The translations under genes and the position numbers were made by a program. Below, in pieces: positions 39,575 through 52,517 of a stretch of DNA of 64,000 nt. Position 1 is the first letter of the stretch. Each line of letters begins with the position of its first letter. The stretch lies in the NCBI GenBank assembly GCA_964106645.2, contig OZ067046.1; one strand, 5' to 3'. Source of the stretch: Podarcis pityusensis (taxonomy: Eukaryota). The notes under the pieces are model-generated. The model was not told where the DNA came from, searched no databases, and saw only the letters and a list, made by a program, of their open reading frames with translations.

Positions 39575-40220
39575 GCTGGTGGCCCAGCTGTGACCCTACC
39601 TGGACAGGGATAGCCTAACTACTGTTGTCTATGCTCTGGTAACCTCTAGGTTAGATTAACTCAACACATAAGCAGAGCTGCCTCTGAAGATGGTTTGGAA
39701 ACTTCAGCTGCTGCAGAATTTGGTGGCCAACTTGCTTACTGGGGCCAAGACAGTTTGAGTATCTTACACCGATCCTGGCCTAACTTCACTGGCAGCCAAT
39801 TAGTTTCTAGTCACAATTCAAAGTTCTGGTTTTGACCTATAAAGCCTTAAGCAGCTCAGGACCACTATACCTCAAGGACCGCCTCTCCCCATATGAACCT
39901 ACTCGGATCCTGAGATCATCTTCTGAGACCCTCTCTTCCATGAGAGGTCCGGAGAGTGGCCTTTTCTGCAGTGGCTCCCCATTTGTGGAATCCTCTCCCC
40001 AGGAAGGCTCACTTGGCACCTTCATGACAACTTTAGGTGCAAGGCAGAAATGTTTCTCTATAACCTAGCCTTTGATTAACATTCTATGGCCTTTAAAAAG
40101 TTTTTTTTGGGGGGTATTGCTTTTTGTTTCATTATACATTTCATGTCCTCATTTTGTATGTTGTGAACTGCCCTATGATCTTCGGATGAAGGGCGGTTTA
40201 CAGATTCAATTAAAAAATAA
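39575..40220 (+). mobile_element. L2-like LINE 3' portion
   Basis: VYALVTSRLD.../LTYKAL...GP.YLKDRLSPYEP residual coding; similar to 58191-58798. Confidence 0.75.
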
Positions 40221-41586
40221 AACACCTGGAGGGCACCACATTGGGCCTGTCCTGGAGAATATCGCGTATACAAAATTAACACAGTAACCATTCTGTGTCA
40301 GGGTGTTACAACCCAAATGCTAAGATTTATGCACCTTCGCTAACAGTGGACAGAAATCTGATAGTCAAGGCTCAAAAAAGCACTCCTTGAGATTAAATTG
40401 GGTGGTCTTCCAGATGTTGCTGGCCTCTCAGCTCCCACCAGCTGCATCCAGCATGGCCAACGCTCAGGAATAATGATGGGCAACATCTGGAGGGTGATAG
40501 ATTCCCCAGCCTTGGCTAAATCATAGGGGATTTGAACAGATAGCCATCTGTTATGGATGCTTTAGTTGAGATTCTTGCATTGTAGGTTGTTCGACTAGTT
40601 GTTGGGGTGTCCCTTTCAACTCTGATTCTATGAACATACTTTTGTTCCCCAAGGCAGGGTCAACCCCCAAAAACGAGACGCCATCTACTTGCAATTGAAG
40701 ATGGAACCCTGTATTTCCTTGCTGCTTACAAGCAAGAATAAAATACACAATTGTCTTGAATTTTGTTGGACTCATCCTTCGCTTCCCCTTCTTCATAATG
40801 GGATCTTGACCTGGCCAATACACGGTGCAAGGTCATTTAATGGTTTCCTTGTTGCTGCTGCAATTCCTCTTTCCGAAACATTGCTGAAACGAAGCCTTGC
40901 AATTCCTTAATGGTTTGCAGAGTGCTTCCTCCCACCCTCACCTTTTCTATTAAGAGTTTGCTTAAGAGATGGCGCCAAAGCAGAGAAAGTGAAGACGTCA
41001 ATTCATTTAATTTTGGAAATATCAACAGAGTCTAAAAATACATCTAGCACGAGTAACATTTCATATTTCAGCTTCAGGGTTGTTGTTTTTAAAAAAGAGG
41101 TGATCTAATGGTCCCTGGATACAAGGATTTTGCTTTTTCTTTCCAAAAATATGACGGAAAACAAGTCTCTTGCACATTTTGCACAATATTTCAGGGCAGT
41201 CGTAAGTTAAAAGGTCAGGCTGGAAGTTTAAGAGCTGGCTCAATTGAAGCAAAGGCTGGGAATAATATACGTTTATATAGCAGGGAATTCAAGATTTGCG
41301 TTCCAGCATTATCAGCATTGGAGACGGAATAGATTATCAAACGTGATTGTGATATAAAAACTAGGATGGCAAAATGCGAATCAGGTTCTTAAAGAGCTCT
41401 AAAATGTGTCCCAAGTGAGTTAGTGGGTATCAGATGAGATCTAACCTAAGTGCAAAGTGATCCATACTGGGAGAAAAACATAGCCTAACTTCATCTAACT
41501 ACCCTGTTCTTGGAGGTTGTAATATATGTGCTTTTCAGTGCTTGGAATGATTTGGAAACAAGCTGATAAGAAACCAGTATCATGAT

Positions 41587-41927
41587 CATAGAATCATAGA
41601 ATCATAGAGTTGGAATAGACCACAAGGGCCATCGAGTCCAACCCCCTGCCAAGCAGGAAACACCATCAGAGCACTCCTGACATATGGTTGTCAAGCCTCT
41701 GCTTAAAGACCTCCAAAGAAGGAGACTCCACCACACTCCTTGGCAGCAAATTCCACTGTCGAACAGCTCTTACTGTCAGGAAGTTCTTCCTAATGTTTAG
41801 GTGGAATCTTCTTTCTTGTAGTTTGGATCCATTGCTCCGTGTCCGCTTCTCTGGAGCAGCAGAAAACAACCTTTCTCCCTCCTCTATGTGACATCCTTTT
41901 ATATATTTGAACATGGCTATCATATCA
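41587..41927 (-). mobile_element. CR1 LINE 3' fragment
   Basis: Near-identical to 48357-48699; tatcatg repeated at 41578-41584 and 41923-41929. Confidence 0.93.
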
Positions 41928-42140
41928 TGCTACATAGATCGACAGCAGTCTTGCCCAACTGGTGCCTTCCATATGCTTTGGACTACATCTCCCATTGGCT
42001 GGTTAGGGATGTTTTTAATGTCTGATGTTTTATTGTGTTTTTAATATTTTGTTGGAAGCCGCCCAGATGATGATGGTGATTACCCAGATGGATGCTGTAA
42101 TCCAGAGCTTTTCAATCTTTTTGAGTCCATGGCTTGCTTG

Positions 42141-42175
<35 letters not shown>

Positions 42176-44158
42176 TGGCATCCCTGTGGGACTCAGGTGT
42201 GTGTCACCCCTCGCCCGCAGAGCTGGCAGCTCCTCACCTCTTTTCAAACACCCTCCCTTGTGGAGTGTTTCCTCAGTCCCCCGGTTTCAATAATTCCCCC
42301 TACTAATTGTAGCCTTCCTTTGCTGTATTCCATTCCCCCAAGGCTCAGGAGAAACTTTTTGGGGCTACATTGGGTAGAAGAGATTGTCAAAAACCAAATT
42401 GTAGGGCATCTGCTGGTGCAACACTGCTGTTGGATACAAACTTGAGACTTTGGCAGTGTTGCTCATAATTAGTTTTTGGGCAGAATCTTACTCATTCCAT
42501 CAGTGCAAGGATTTCCATTTGTACTATAAGAGAACTTCCTCCCCTGGGCTCCATCCTAAACCTGTTCTTTAGGTTCTCTGCAAGAACCCAGAGCAGATTT
42601 GGGAAAGGAGAGGAGGGTAGTTCTGTTGTGCAGGTTAAAATCCTTGTGCTGATGAAGAAAGTTAGTTGGATATTGCCCTTTCTCTGCTGTCATAAACAAA
42701 AAATCAATATTACATGTGTTCCCAGGTATACATCTCCTGGACCTTTGAGAATAATGTCTTGCCTCCTACGCAGCTATGGCTTTTTAGGGTCTAATCTCTA
42801 AGGGTTTCATAAAAAAAATAAAAATAAAAGTAGTAATTAGATATTTTGTGTGTGTCTATACTTCTGGTTGCCAGCAGAGAAACGACAGTCCTTTCAAAGT
42901 CATGGCCAGGAGAGATTACTTATTTGGGTTTAAATCAGATTATAAAAATCCTCCCTTGAAAATCTCATTTCCATGCAGGTTGATTCATTGAATATAATTG
43001 ACCTTGGAATGATGCTCTCTTCACTGAGGCCTCCGGCAAGAAAATGTTCTTCTGTGTGGAGCTCCCTAAAATATTGGCTATGGTTTTCATGCTCCTCCTT
43101 GAGATGAAAAAGGAGACACTTCGGACACACAGTTGTGATTGTGCTCAGTTGTGCCACACGGGGTCGCTGTGTACTCACATGAGCGAAGAAGCACCAGCGT
43201 CTCCATTGAATGGCTTCGGACAAAGTGGCAAGAGAGGTCACTCCGTCTCTGTGCCCCAAAGCCCAAGGCATTAACTGATTAATTGTCTTCTGAATGGGCA
43301 ACTATTATTTTATGAACTGAGAAGTAAGCCCCGGCAGCTTAAGCAAAGGGTTCTCTAAAGGCTGGGCACTATTTTTGACACCAGAAGGTTTTCTCTTTAG
43401 CTCCCAGCTGTTTCAGCTCTGCGGCGAGATATTAGTGCACAGATAATACTAATCCTGGCATCGTTGCATGAGAACTGTCTTCCAGGGCAGAATCTATTGC
43501 GCTCAGAACAAGACAACTTGAGGTTCTAATACTGGCAGGGTAGCAACAACTGCAACAACAAAAAACCCCAACAGCCTGGCAATTAGACATGTTATTAACA
43601 GAGGTCATGCATACAGGAGAGGGTGAAATACAGAATGTGTAAAGAAGAGCTTGTTTGTTTTCGAAATACTTAAACCCTCTTTTATACGCTTTGCCTACTG
43701 CCAATCAATTTCACGGAACAAACTGAAGTTTTCATAATACGAGAGAAGGGAAAAAATATTTACATTTCTCCACTTCTGTTGGACTTTTTAAAGCAGAGGT
43801 TGGGAGGTCATAGAATTGCAGAGTTGGTAGGGACACCGACGGTCCTCTAACCCCCTGCAGGGCAGGAATATCTGTCAGGGATTCTTTATCTGTGATCCCT
43901 TCATTGCAGGGGATTGGACTAAGTGACTCTTGAGATCCTTCCCAACTCTGCAGGATTCCTTTATTCTAAGTGACCACGGGGTTCTTTGGGGGACAGGGCT
44001 GTCTTTAGCATATGTACCCCTGGGGTGCAAAGATCTGCCCAGCGCCCCAAAATTTAGTTTAGCCAACCCCCAAATTTTTAGGAGGGGCGAACTCAAAGTT
44101 GTGGACCTTTTTTGGAGGAGGAGAATCATTCACCTGTAACAACGATGCAGCAGAAATA

Positions 44159-44404
44159 CAGTCATACCTTGGGTTAAAGACACTTCGGGTTAAATCTTTT
44201 CAGGTTGTGTCCCATGGTGACCCGGAAGTACTGGAAAGGGTTACTTCCGGGTTTCACTGCTTGTGCATGTGCAGATGCTCAAAATTATGTCACGTGCATG
44301 CGCAGAAGTGACGAATTGCGACCTGCGCAGATGCGGGTTGCATTCTGCTCAGGTTGCGAATGGGGCTCCGGAACGGATCCCGTTCACAACCAGAGGTACC
44401 ACTG
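44159..44404. mobile_element. Tc1/mariner-type MITE
   Basis: TA-cagtcatacct...aggtaccactg-TA. Confidence 0.8.
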
Positions 44405-45130
44405 TAACTGCTTTTGTTTTCTGACTTGGGAATATCTGGCACAGTGGAGTAACAGAGTGACAGATGAGGGGGGCGGGGACTTTAGCTCCATTGCTTTTGA
44501 CTGCCGCCTATCGAGAGGGACCAGTATGCAGTAGGTATACATTTGGTGCCCCCCAGAATTCAGCGCCAGGGTGCCCCGCACCCCTTGCACCCCTGGGTAA
44601 AGACGGCCCTGTTGGGGGAAGCTGTATGCTTCAGATTTAGGGTGAGCATAAGGGTTGAGACAGCTATTGGCCTTCCATTCTGATTCAAAAGGTGGGAAAC
44701 CTTGAACTTCCCTCCTCTAGTCTGCATTGGGATCTTGGACTTCAGAAGGAAGCACCTGCCGCTTCTCTTTAAAAGCGTGGCAGCCGCCCGTCTTTGCTGC
44801 TCCAGCTTGGGCTACGTCGCCCGCTGCGTTTCTGTGATACTCGTGAACAGGCCCAAATAATCAATATAGTCAAATGCAAAGAACAGGCAGGCGAGAGAAA
44901 GCACAAAGACAAGAGAGATTGTAAGCACGTTAGCAAGACGCAAAGTTGTGAGGTGGGAATATAAATAAATAATTCTTAAAACAGCTCGGCTTAGATTTAA
45001 AAAATGTGCATGTATCATGCCAGCTGCTCACTTAAAAAAGAAGATTGTCACCTGTATATTTAGCCTTTAAGGAAAAAAAAGGAGACATTTTAGAAACTCT
45101 TGCAAAACTACTCTAAAGTGTTTGTGTGTT

Positions 45131-45132
45131 AG

Positions 45133-45164
<32 letters not shown>

Positions 45165-45170
45165 AGAGAG
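45131..45170. repeat. (GA)n microsatellite
   Basis: Seen directly. Confidence 0.9.
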
Positions 45171-47054
45171 AATAAATGAATGCCTTTAATGATGTGACCA
45201 GTGCTAGCCAATCAGTGCTGTCCACAATTTATATTTTTGATTCAAAATTTCAGAACAGTGCTGTTGTTTTTTCTCCCGGAGCCTGGAGAGAGGAAGGTAC
45301 ATGTGGCAGAAATTAAACACAGCAAACCCTGATGTGCACGACATGAATGTTTGTGCATGTTTAAATATAATATCCACAGAAGGTAAAGTGCTACGACAGC
45401 AGGGACAGGTGGAAAATGGAGCTTGTGACTTTGTGTTTCCGGGGGCACAGAGGAGTGAATGGAGGGGAAGAAACATGGGAAGTTAGGTGGATGAATGAAG
45501 ACAGAGAACGAAGAATATTTATGTCAGTTGATGCTACTGTTAATTCTTTCTTTCCTGGGCTGGCCTACTTTTCTAGCCACCTGGAGTGTGAACCCTGGTA
45601 ATTTGGCAACCAGCTAGGCAGGAGTGCTGAGGCCCAGCTGGAAATTTGGCTTGTGGCAGCGGTGATTTCTGGCTTGCTGGCTTATGGGTGTTGCATGGGA
45701 AGGCGTTTGAAGTTGCTTCCTCATGAGAACAAGGAAAGGAAGACTGTAGCATTGGATGGTTGCCCAGCTCTTGGGGGGGAAAAAGAGCCATTCTTGGGAA
45801 GTACAAATCACGTGGTCAGGAGCTCCAGAGGCGGAGAAGGTATTGCTGTTAACCGGTCACATTTCACTTCTGATGTACAAGATATTTTGCAACCAACAAT
45901 CTTGCTCATCCTTAAAAACAACCCTGTGAGGTAGGTCACCAGTATCCTTAGGCAAGTGAGACTGAGAGTTGGTTTGCATGTTCCACTTATCTGTCTGTCC
46001 TTCCATCCATCAGTAAACATGGCTTTTTAGAAGAACAGGCAAGAAAAGAAAAGAAAAAGAGAGAGGCATGTCCTTGCTCTCCAGGAGCTTTGTACAATCT
46101 GAACTGCAGATTTTGCAAGGAGGGGATACAACTGAGGTTTGGGGGCTGCTGGATGAGTGAAGAAAGGTCGGATCCAGATGGCCTGCTTGCTGAGCATTCT
46201 TTCCGTTTTGTTTGCATAAAGTTTGTGGGGAGGTTATATCAGCTTTGGTGGGTGACCCGGCTACACCTATACCTGGGTAGGGACAGCCTAACTTCTGTTG
46301 TCTATGCTCTGTTAACCTAAGTTAGATTGCTGCAATGAATTATGCACGGGGCTGCCTTTGAAGATGGCCCAGAAACTGTATGCAACCACCGCTCTTATAA
46401 GCCTCCTTGAGCATAGGATGAGGTCAGATACCCAGGTGAGATATGCAAGCCCAAAGCCTCCTTCTTCCAGGCCCTGTTGTTGCTCAAAGACACACACAGG
46501 TGTGACCCTTTAGGCTTGTTGGCTCCAGGTGCATTGTACTGACTACAACATTTTTAAAAAACCAAGCTGTTGAGACAGTTGGGAAGCCTCTTTCTTATCC
46601 CACTTAGCAGAGAGAGGGAGATCAGAATTAATTGTTTTCATCTCCCGATAGCTGTGGGTTTTCCAGTTTAATTAAACATTCCTGAAGCGGAGCAGCTGAA
46701 GCGTTGGAGTTCTGTTTGCAAGGAGAGGCTGCCAAACCTGGATTCTCTCTTCCTTACAATTGAAGAAGTGGGGCTGGTCTGCAGAATGCATTTTGGCAGG
46801 TGGTTTCCTCATTCGTTCCAGGTTTACTCCAATCAGATGTTCTGCCACTGAGCTGTGGCCCTTTCCCATCAGCACACGAGGACGACTTATACTGAGTTAG
46901 ACCCTTGGGTCTATTTACCTTGGTATCTTCTACACAGACTGGCAGCTGCTCTCCAGGACATAACAAACATTCATGGCAAGAATACAGGAAGCCAGATTAT
47001 ACTGGCTCAGACCATTGGTCCGTCGTCTGCACTGACTGGCAGTAGCTCTCACCT

Positions 47055-47183
47055 GGATAGCTCAGTTGGTTAGAGCGTGGTGCTGATAACATCAAGGTTG
47101 CAGGTTCGATCTCTGTATGGGACAGCTGCATTTTCCTGCATTACAGGGGGTCAGACTAGGTGAGCCTCAGGGTGCCTTCCAAC
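47055..47183 (+). mobile_element. tRNA(Ile)-derived SINE with a CR1-type tail, interrupted by CR1 (remainder at 48700-48722)
   Basis: ggatagctcagttggttagagcgtggtgctgataac...ggttcgatc head, then ggggtcagactag...ccttccaac, resuming as ctacaattctacg. Confidence 0.75.
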
Positions 47184-48699
47184 ACCTGCATCCAAGAGTA
47201 TTAAAAGAACTGGCAGATGTGATCTCAGAACCACTGGCAGTCATCTTTGAGAATTCCTGGAGAACAGGCGAAGTCCCGGCAGACTGGAGGAGGGCAAATG
47301 TTGTCCCTATTTTCAAAAAGGGGAAAAGAGAGGACCCAAATAATTACCGCCCAGTCAGTCTGACATCAATACCAGGGAAGATTCTGGAGCAGATCATTAA
47401 GCAAACAGTCTGTGAGCACCTAGAAAGGAATGCTGTGATCACCAATAGTCAGCATGGATTTCTGAAAAATAAGTCATGTCAGACTAACCTGATCTCGTTT
47501 TTTGACAGAATTACAAGCCTGGTAGATGAAGGGAACGCAGTGGATGTAGCCTACCTTGATTTCAGCAAGGCATTTGACAAGGTGCCTCATGATACTCTTG
47601 TAAAGAAGCTGGTAAAATGCGGTCTTGACTATGCTACCACTCAGTGGATTTGTAACTGGCTGACTGACCGAACCCAAAGGGTGCTCATCAATGGTTCCTC
47701 TTCATCCTGGAGAAGAGTGACTAGTGGGGTGCCACAGGGTTCTGTCTTGGGCCTGGTCTTATTCAACATCTTTATCAACGACTTGGATGATGGACTCAAG
47801 GGCATCCTGATCAAATTTGCAGATGACACCAAATTGGGAGGGGTGGCTAACACCCCAGAGGACAGGATCACACTTCAAAACGACCTTGACAGATTAGAGA
47901 ACTGGGCCAAAACAAACAAGATGAATTTTAACAGGGAGAAATGTAAAGTATTGCACTTGGGCAAAAAAAATGAGAGGCACAAATACAAGATGGGGGACAC
48001 CTGGCTTGAGAGCAGTACATGTGAAAAGGATCTAGGAGTCTTGGTTGACCACAAACTTGACATGAGCCAACAGTGTGACGCGGCAGCTAAAAAAGCCAAT
48101 GCAATTCTGGGCTGCATCAATAGGAGTATAGCATCTAGATCAAGGGAAGTAATAGTGCCACTGTATTCTGCTCTGGTCAGACCTCACCTGGAGTACTGTG
48201 TCCAGTTCTGGGCACCACAGTTCAAGAAGGACACTGACAAACTGGAACGTGTCCAGAGGAGGGCAACCAAAATGGTCAAAGGCCTGGAAACGATGCCTTA
48301 TGAGGAACGGCTAAGAGAGCTGGGCATGTTTAGCCTGGAGAAGAGGAGGTTAAGGGGTGATATGATAGCCATGTTCAAATATATAAAAGGATGTCACATA
48401 GAGGAGGGAGAAAGGTTGTTTTCTGCTGCTCCAGAGAAGCGGACACGGAGCAATGGATCCAAACTACAAGAAAGAAGATTCCACCTAAACATTAGGAAGA
48501 ACTTCCTGAGAGTAAGAGCTGTTCGACAGTGGAATTTGCTGCCAAGGAGTGTGGTGGAGTCTCCTTCCTTGGAGGTCTTTAAGCAGAGGCTTGACAACCA
48601 TATGTCAGGAGTGCTCTGATGGTGTTTCCTGCTTGGCAGGGGGTTGGACTCGATGGCCCTTGTGGTCTCTTCCAACTCTATGATTCTATGATTCTATGA
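47184..48699 (+). mobile_element. 5'-truncated CR1 LINE with an uninterrupted RT reading frame
   Basis: ORF to 48619 with [27 protein letters not shown] and KFADD motifs; (ATTCTATG)n 3' end; no endonuclease domain or ORF1. Confidence 0.96.
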
Positions 48700-49185
48700 C
48701 CTACAATTCTACGGTTCTAGGATTTCAGACAGGGGTCTCACCCAGACCTCAGAGGTGTAGCTAGCTGCTCTGGCACCCAGAGCGGGGGCAGCAGGGCAAT
48801 CCATGCACAGAGTCCGCCTGGTGGATGTGAGTCCCATGTTGCCATTTCAGGCAGCTCAGGGCCCCGAGCCACCGTGTCACTCCCAGGAGAGATGCGTGGC
48901 TTGGGCGTGCTGCCGGCCAGGCCCCACGGTAAGTGCCTCCCCCCGTGATGTGCCATTTTGTCACCCCTCAGGGATGACGCATGGGGCAGGCCGCACCCCC
49001 TTACCCCCTTCCTACGCCCTTGCAAGACCTACCTGGAGGTGCCAGGTATTGAAACTGCTGCATGGAAAGCTCTACCACTGCACTGTTCCCATCTTTCCTG
49101 TTCCAGGGTTCTTCTGGGGGAAGCAATGGTCAGGCAAAGCAGTTTAAATGTGTAGCATATTTATTTCTGTCCCCCCGGCTCTATC

Positions 49186-49524
49186 GGCAGGGACGCGGGT
49201 GGCGCTGTGTTGTAAACTACTGAGCCTTGGGCTTGCCGCTCAGAAGGTCAACGGTTCGAATCCCCGCGACGGGGTGAGCTCCCATGGCTCCGTCCCTGCT
49301 CCTGCCAACCTAGCAGTTCGAAAGCACATCAAAGTGCAAGTAGATAAATAGGTAAACGGCATTTCCGTCTGCTGCTCTGGTTTGCCAGAAGCGGCTTAGT
49401 CATGCTGGCCACATGACCCGGAAGCTGTACGCCGGCTCCCTCAGCCAGTAAAGCGAGATGAGTGCCGCAACCCCAGAGTCGTTCGCGACTGGACTTAACT
49501 GTCAGGGGTCCTTTACCTTTACTT
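49186..49524 (+). mobile_element. Full-length Sauria SINE
   Basis: gggacgcgggtggcgctgtg head, (ACCTTT)n tail, TSD ggctctatc at 49177-49185 and 49525-49533. Confidence 0.92.
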
Positions 49525-50914
49525 GGCTCTATCACATGTGCACACTGGTCTGCACACCTGGCCAGAAAAGTCAGCCTAAGGAGGCCACTTTTTCCATCTC
49601 CCACCAAATGATGTCCTGATGGTTGTCTAGCAGTAGACCTGCCGTTGGCCTGGGCCACACAACTTCATGGATTGTTTCTTGGCTGTCCCTCATTTGGCCC
49701 AGTAACCGCGAGGGCAACATCTTTCTGGATCCAGATTCTGCCTCAGACTGACTCATCGTCCCTTTCCTCCAAGCACCAGCCCTGCGTTGTGCCCTCTGGC
49801 TGGGAACCTGACATGCCAACTCCCACTCTGGTTGCATCAACTGCGGTGTGCAAAGGACGCCTCTGCCTGCATGACTAAACTGTTTTCACAATAATTTGAA
49901 TTGCAATGCAAAAAAAAGTGGATTCTGAGCAAGTTTGCTTGCTGCTCAGGTACAGTACCAGGATAATAGGTGTCCTGTATGCCAGCATCTGGAAAACAGA
50001 GGCACATTCCATGTGAAGGAGGATGTCTCTATGAAAAAAGGCTGGCAAGCCTGGTAGACTCACTCATTCATTTCCTCCCTCTCATAAATACCAGCGTCGT
50101 CATGAGGGGACGTCCCAAACACCTACGAAGATAAGACTTGATACATGACTAATCGAGCCTGAGACACATGCATTAATAGCAGCTGGAAAATGGGATCTCT
50201 TGACTGGTGCTGTCCCAAAAATCTTCCCTCCAGTGCCTCAGGAGTTGTTGGCTGTGGTTTTTCTGCCTCATTCTCAGGGAACGTGAGAATTTCTTTAGAA
50301 TTTCCTGGCTGGAGCTCATCCTTGCCTCTTGTAAGTCTGGATGAAGAAATGGTGGCAGCGGGTGGGGAAAGGAGTTATAAACCTCTAGCTTTTGCACAGC
50401 CGGGAGGTCGCTTGCTTGGACGAAGGCAGGAGTCGTGTTTGTTTCTTGGCCAACCTTTGCCTCTGGCCTCCTGCCACTTGGCATGTGGACCCCAGAAGGT
50501 TGTGCCTGAGAGAATGCGGCCCTCAGAACATCAAAGTTTCCTCAACTCTACTTTAGAGTTTTGGTTGGTGTAAGGTAGGGATGCTGGGAAAGTCTACTGG
50601 AAAATGGGAGCAGAAATCACTGGTGATTGTTTATTCCTCCCATGTCTGGAAGGGAGATCAATCCAGAAAATTCTATTCACTGTTGTTGCTTTCAGTTCAC
50701 AAATACTTAAGATGCCCCCTTTCCCCTCACACAGCTACTATTCCCATAGTTCTCCAGGAAAAGGAATTGACTGTTAAAGCAGTCTCATACTGCTAAACCA
50801 TCTCTATTTAAGCAGGACATTTTGGCTTCTGATTGGATCCCGGAAGGTCTTGTTTTTTGGTCTGGCATTAGTCAGCTGGCTCCCACGAGAGCTCAGTACC
50901 CCCAAAATGCATGC

Positions 50915-51310
50915 CCTGGCACAAATGATACTTGCCCAAAAATGGAAAAAAGAAGAAGTCCCAGCTAAAGAAGAATGGATACAAAAACTTGTGGAATATG
51001 CAGAAATGGTGAAACTTGCCGGGAAAATAAGAAATCAAGATAACAAACTTTCTATAAAAGAATGGAAATGGTTTGTTGAATATTTTCAAGCAAACTGTAA
51101 ACACATAAGAACCTTGGCAGGATTATTGTAATGACCTGCAGTTTTATAAATATTTAAAGTAGATGAATAAATGAGCAAATTAAGTTAGTTTGGATATGCA
51201 GAAAAATATTAAAAATAAATTTAAGGAACTGCAGAAAGAGGGGGAAGGAAGTCAAGTTTTGAAATGTTAAAATGATTGTAAAATTATTGAAATGTATAAA
51301 ACTGAAAATC
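50915..51310 (+). mobile_element. L1/Tx1-like LINE 3' fragment
   Basis: ILAQKWKKEEVP..EEWIQKLVEYAEM.KL C-terminal ORF2-like peptide plus A-rich 3'UTR; related to 57924-58190. Confidence 0.7.
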
Positions 51311-52441
51311 TATATCAATCGATAGATCTATGATGAGCGTCCCAATTTGATCAGCCGAATGTTGGAGGGCAGGCACTCTGGGAATTGTAGCTCTTTGTGG
51401 GGAATCTTCCTCTCAGCGCCCTTAATGAACTACAGTTCCCAGGATTCTCTGGGGGAAACCATGGCTACGGTATGATCCTGCTTCAACTGGGACCTTCCAA
51501 TGGGACCTTGCATGGCTGTGTTCTGTCCCATCTGCTGCTCCACTCCCTTTAGCCACTTGCCATGCCCAATTTTTGCACCTGGCCCCGCCCACTAATGACA
51601 TGCGGCCCTGAGAAGGTTGGCCAAGAAGCAATGCGGCCCTTGGGATGGATAAGGTTCGCTCCCCTCTTCTCTCTGTCATGTGGAAGTAGACTAACAATGT
51701 TCATATTCCCAGATATCTATTTACATGTATAGTATATGAGAAGGCAGGCTAAAATAAATAATACATATATGTGTGTGTATATAAATACAGAAGGGAGGCC
51801 AAGTGCAAAAAGTGTAAGAAACTCGGGATTGTGCTATCCAAGGACACTGGTGTTGAATTAGATGATTTGTTGGGACACTTCACAGCTTTGCAGCTCAGTG
51901 AAATCTTCTTGGCTCCTTCATCACCAACGGTCTTGCTTCTTGGTAACATCTCCCAAGATTACTGAACTTCTGCAAACTCTTCTGATTTTAGGACACTGAG
52001 ACATTTTATTGCTTGTATGTTCTTTTGAGGGCTCCTGATTCTCCCCGCTGAGGTGCGCAGCTCCTTTTTCTCCCCCTTTTAATTGTTTGTTGTTGTGTCA
52101 AACTGGTCCTCCAAGGACCAATAGCATGAAATGTCCTTTACGAAAATAAAAAAGTGACTCACCGAAATGATACTAGAGGACGGAGAAAGGAGATTTATTG
52201 CAGACTCCAATAATGGCATTTCTCTGAGCCTAACAGGTGGATCCAATATAATCCTCTGGCACACAGCCCACTTTCTCAAGCTGTTGCTTTGGTTACCCCC
52301 TCAAAACTTTTCCAAAGCTTAAAGCAGGTTTCCATTCACAATGTCCTGGTCCTGTTAGGTCCCAGCATGATAAATAAATATGTAGTTTTGGCAACAATTA
52401 AGGCTGTTTCCTGGGGACCTGTTTATAGAGCATCCATCCTG

Positions 52442-52517
52442 ATTTTCTTTTCTTTTCTTTTCTTTTCTTTTCTTTTCTTTTCTTTTCTTTTCTTTTCTTT
52501 TCTTTTCTTTTCTTTTC
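52442..52517. repeat. (TTTTC)n microsatellite
   Basis: Seen directly. Confidence 0.95.

Noticed and set aside
40551-40823. GFHLQLQVDG resembling an FGF core motif
   Set aside because: Only a few residues match, with no further FGF similarity or exon structure
47055-47125. tRNA-Ile gene with a GAT anticodon, unusual in eukaryotes
   Set aside because: The acceptor stem is degenerate and the sequence runs directly into a CR1-type tail, so it is a SINE head
47117-48619. 500-aa ORF as a host gene
   Set aside because: It is a truncated CR1 RT; the start codon comes fortuitously from the host SINE
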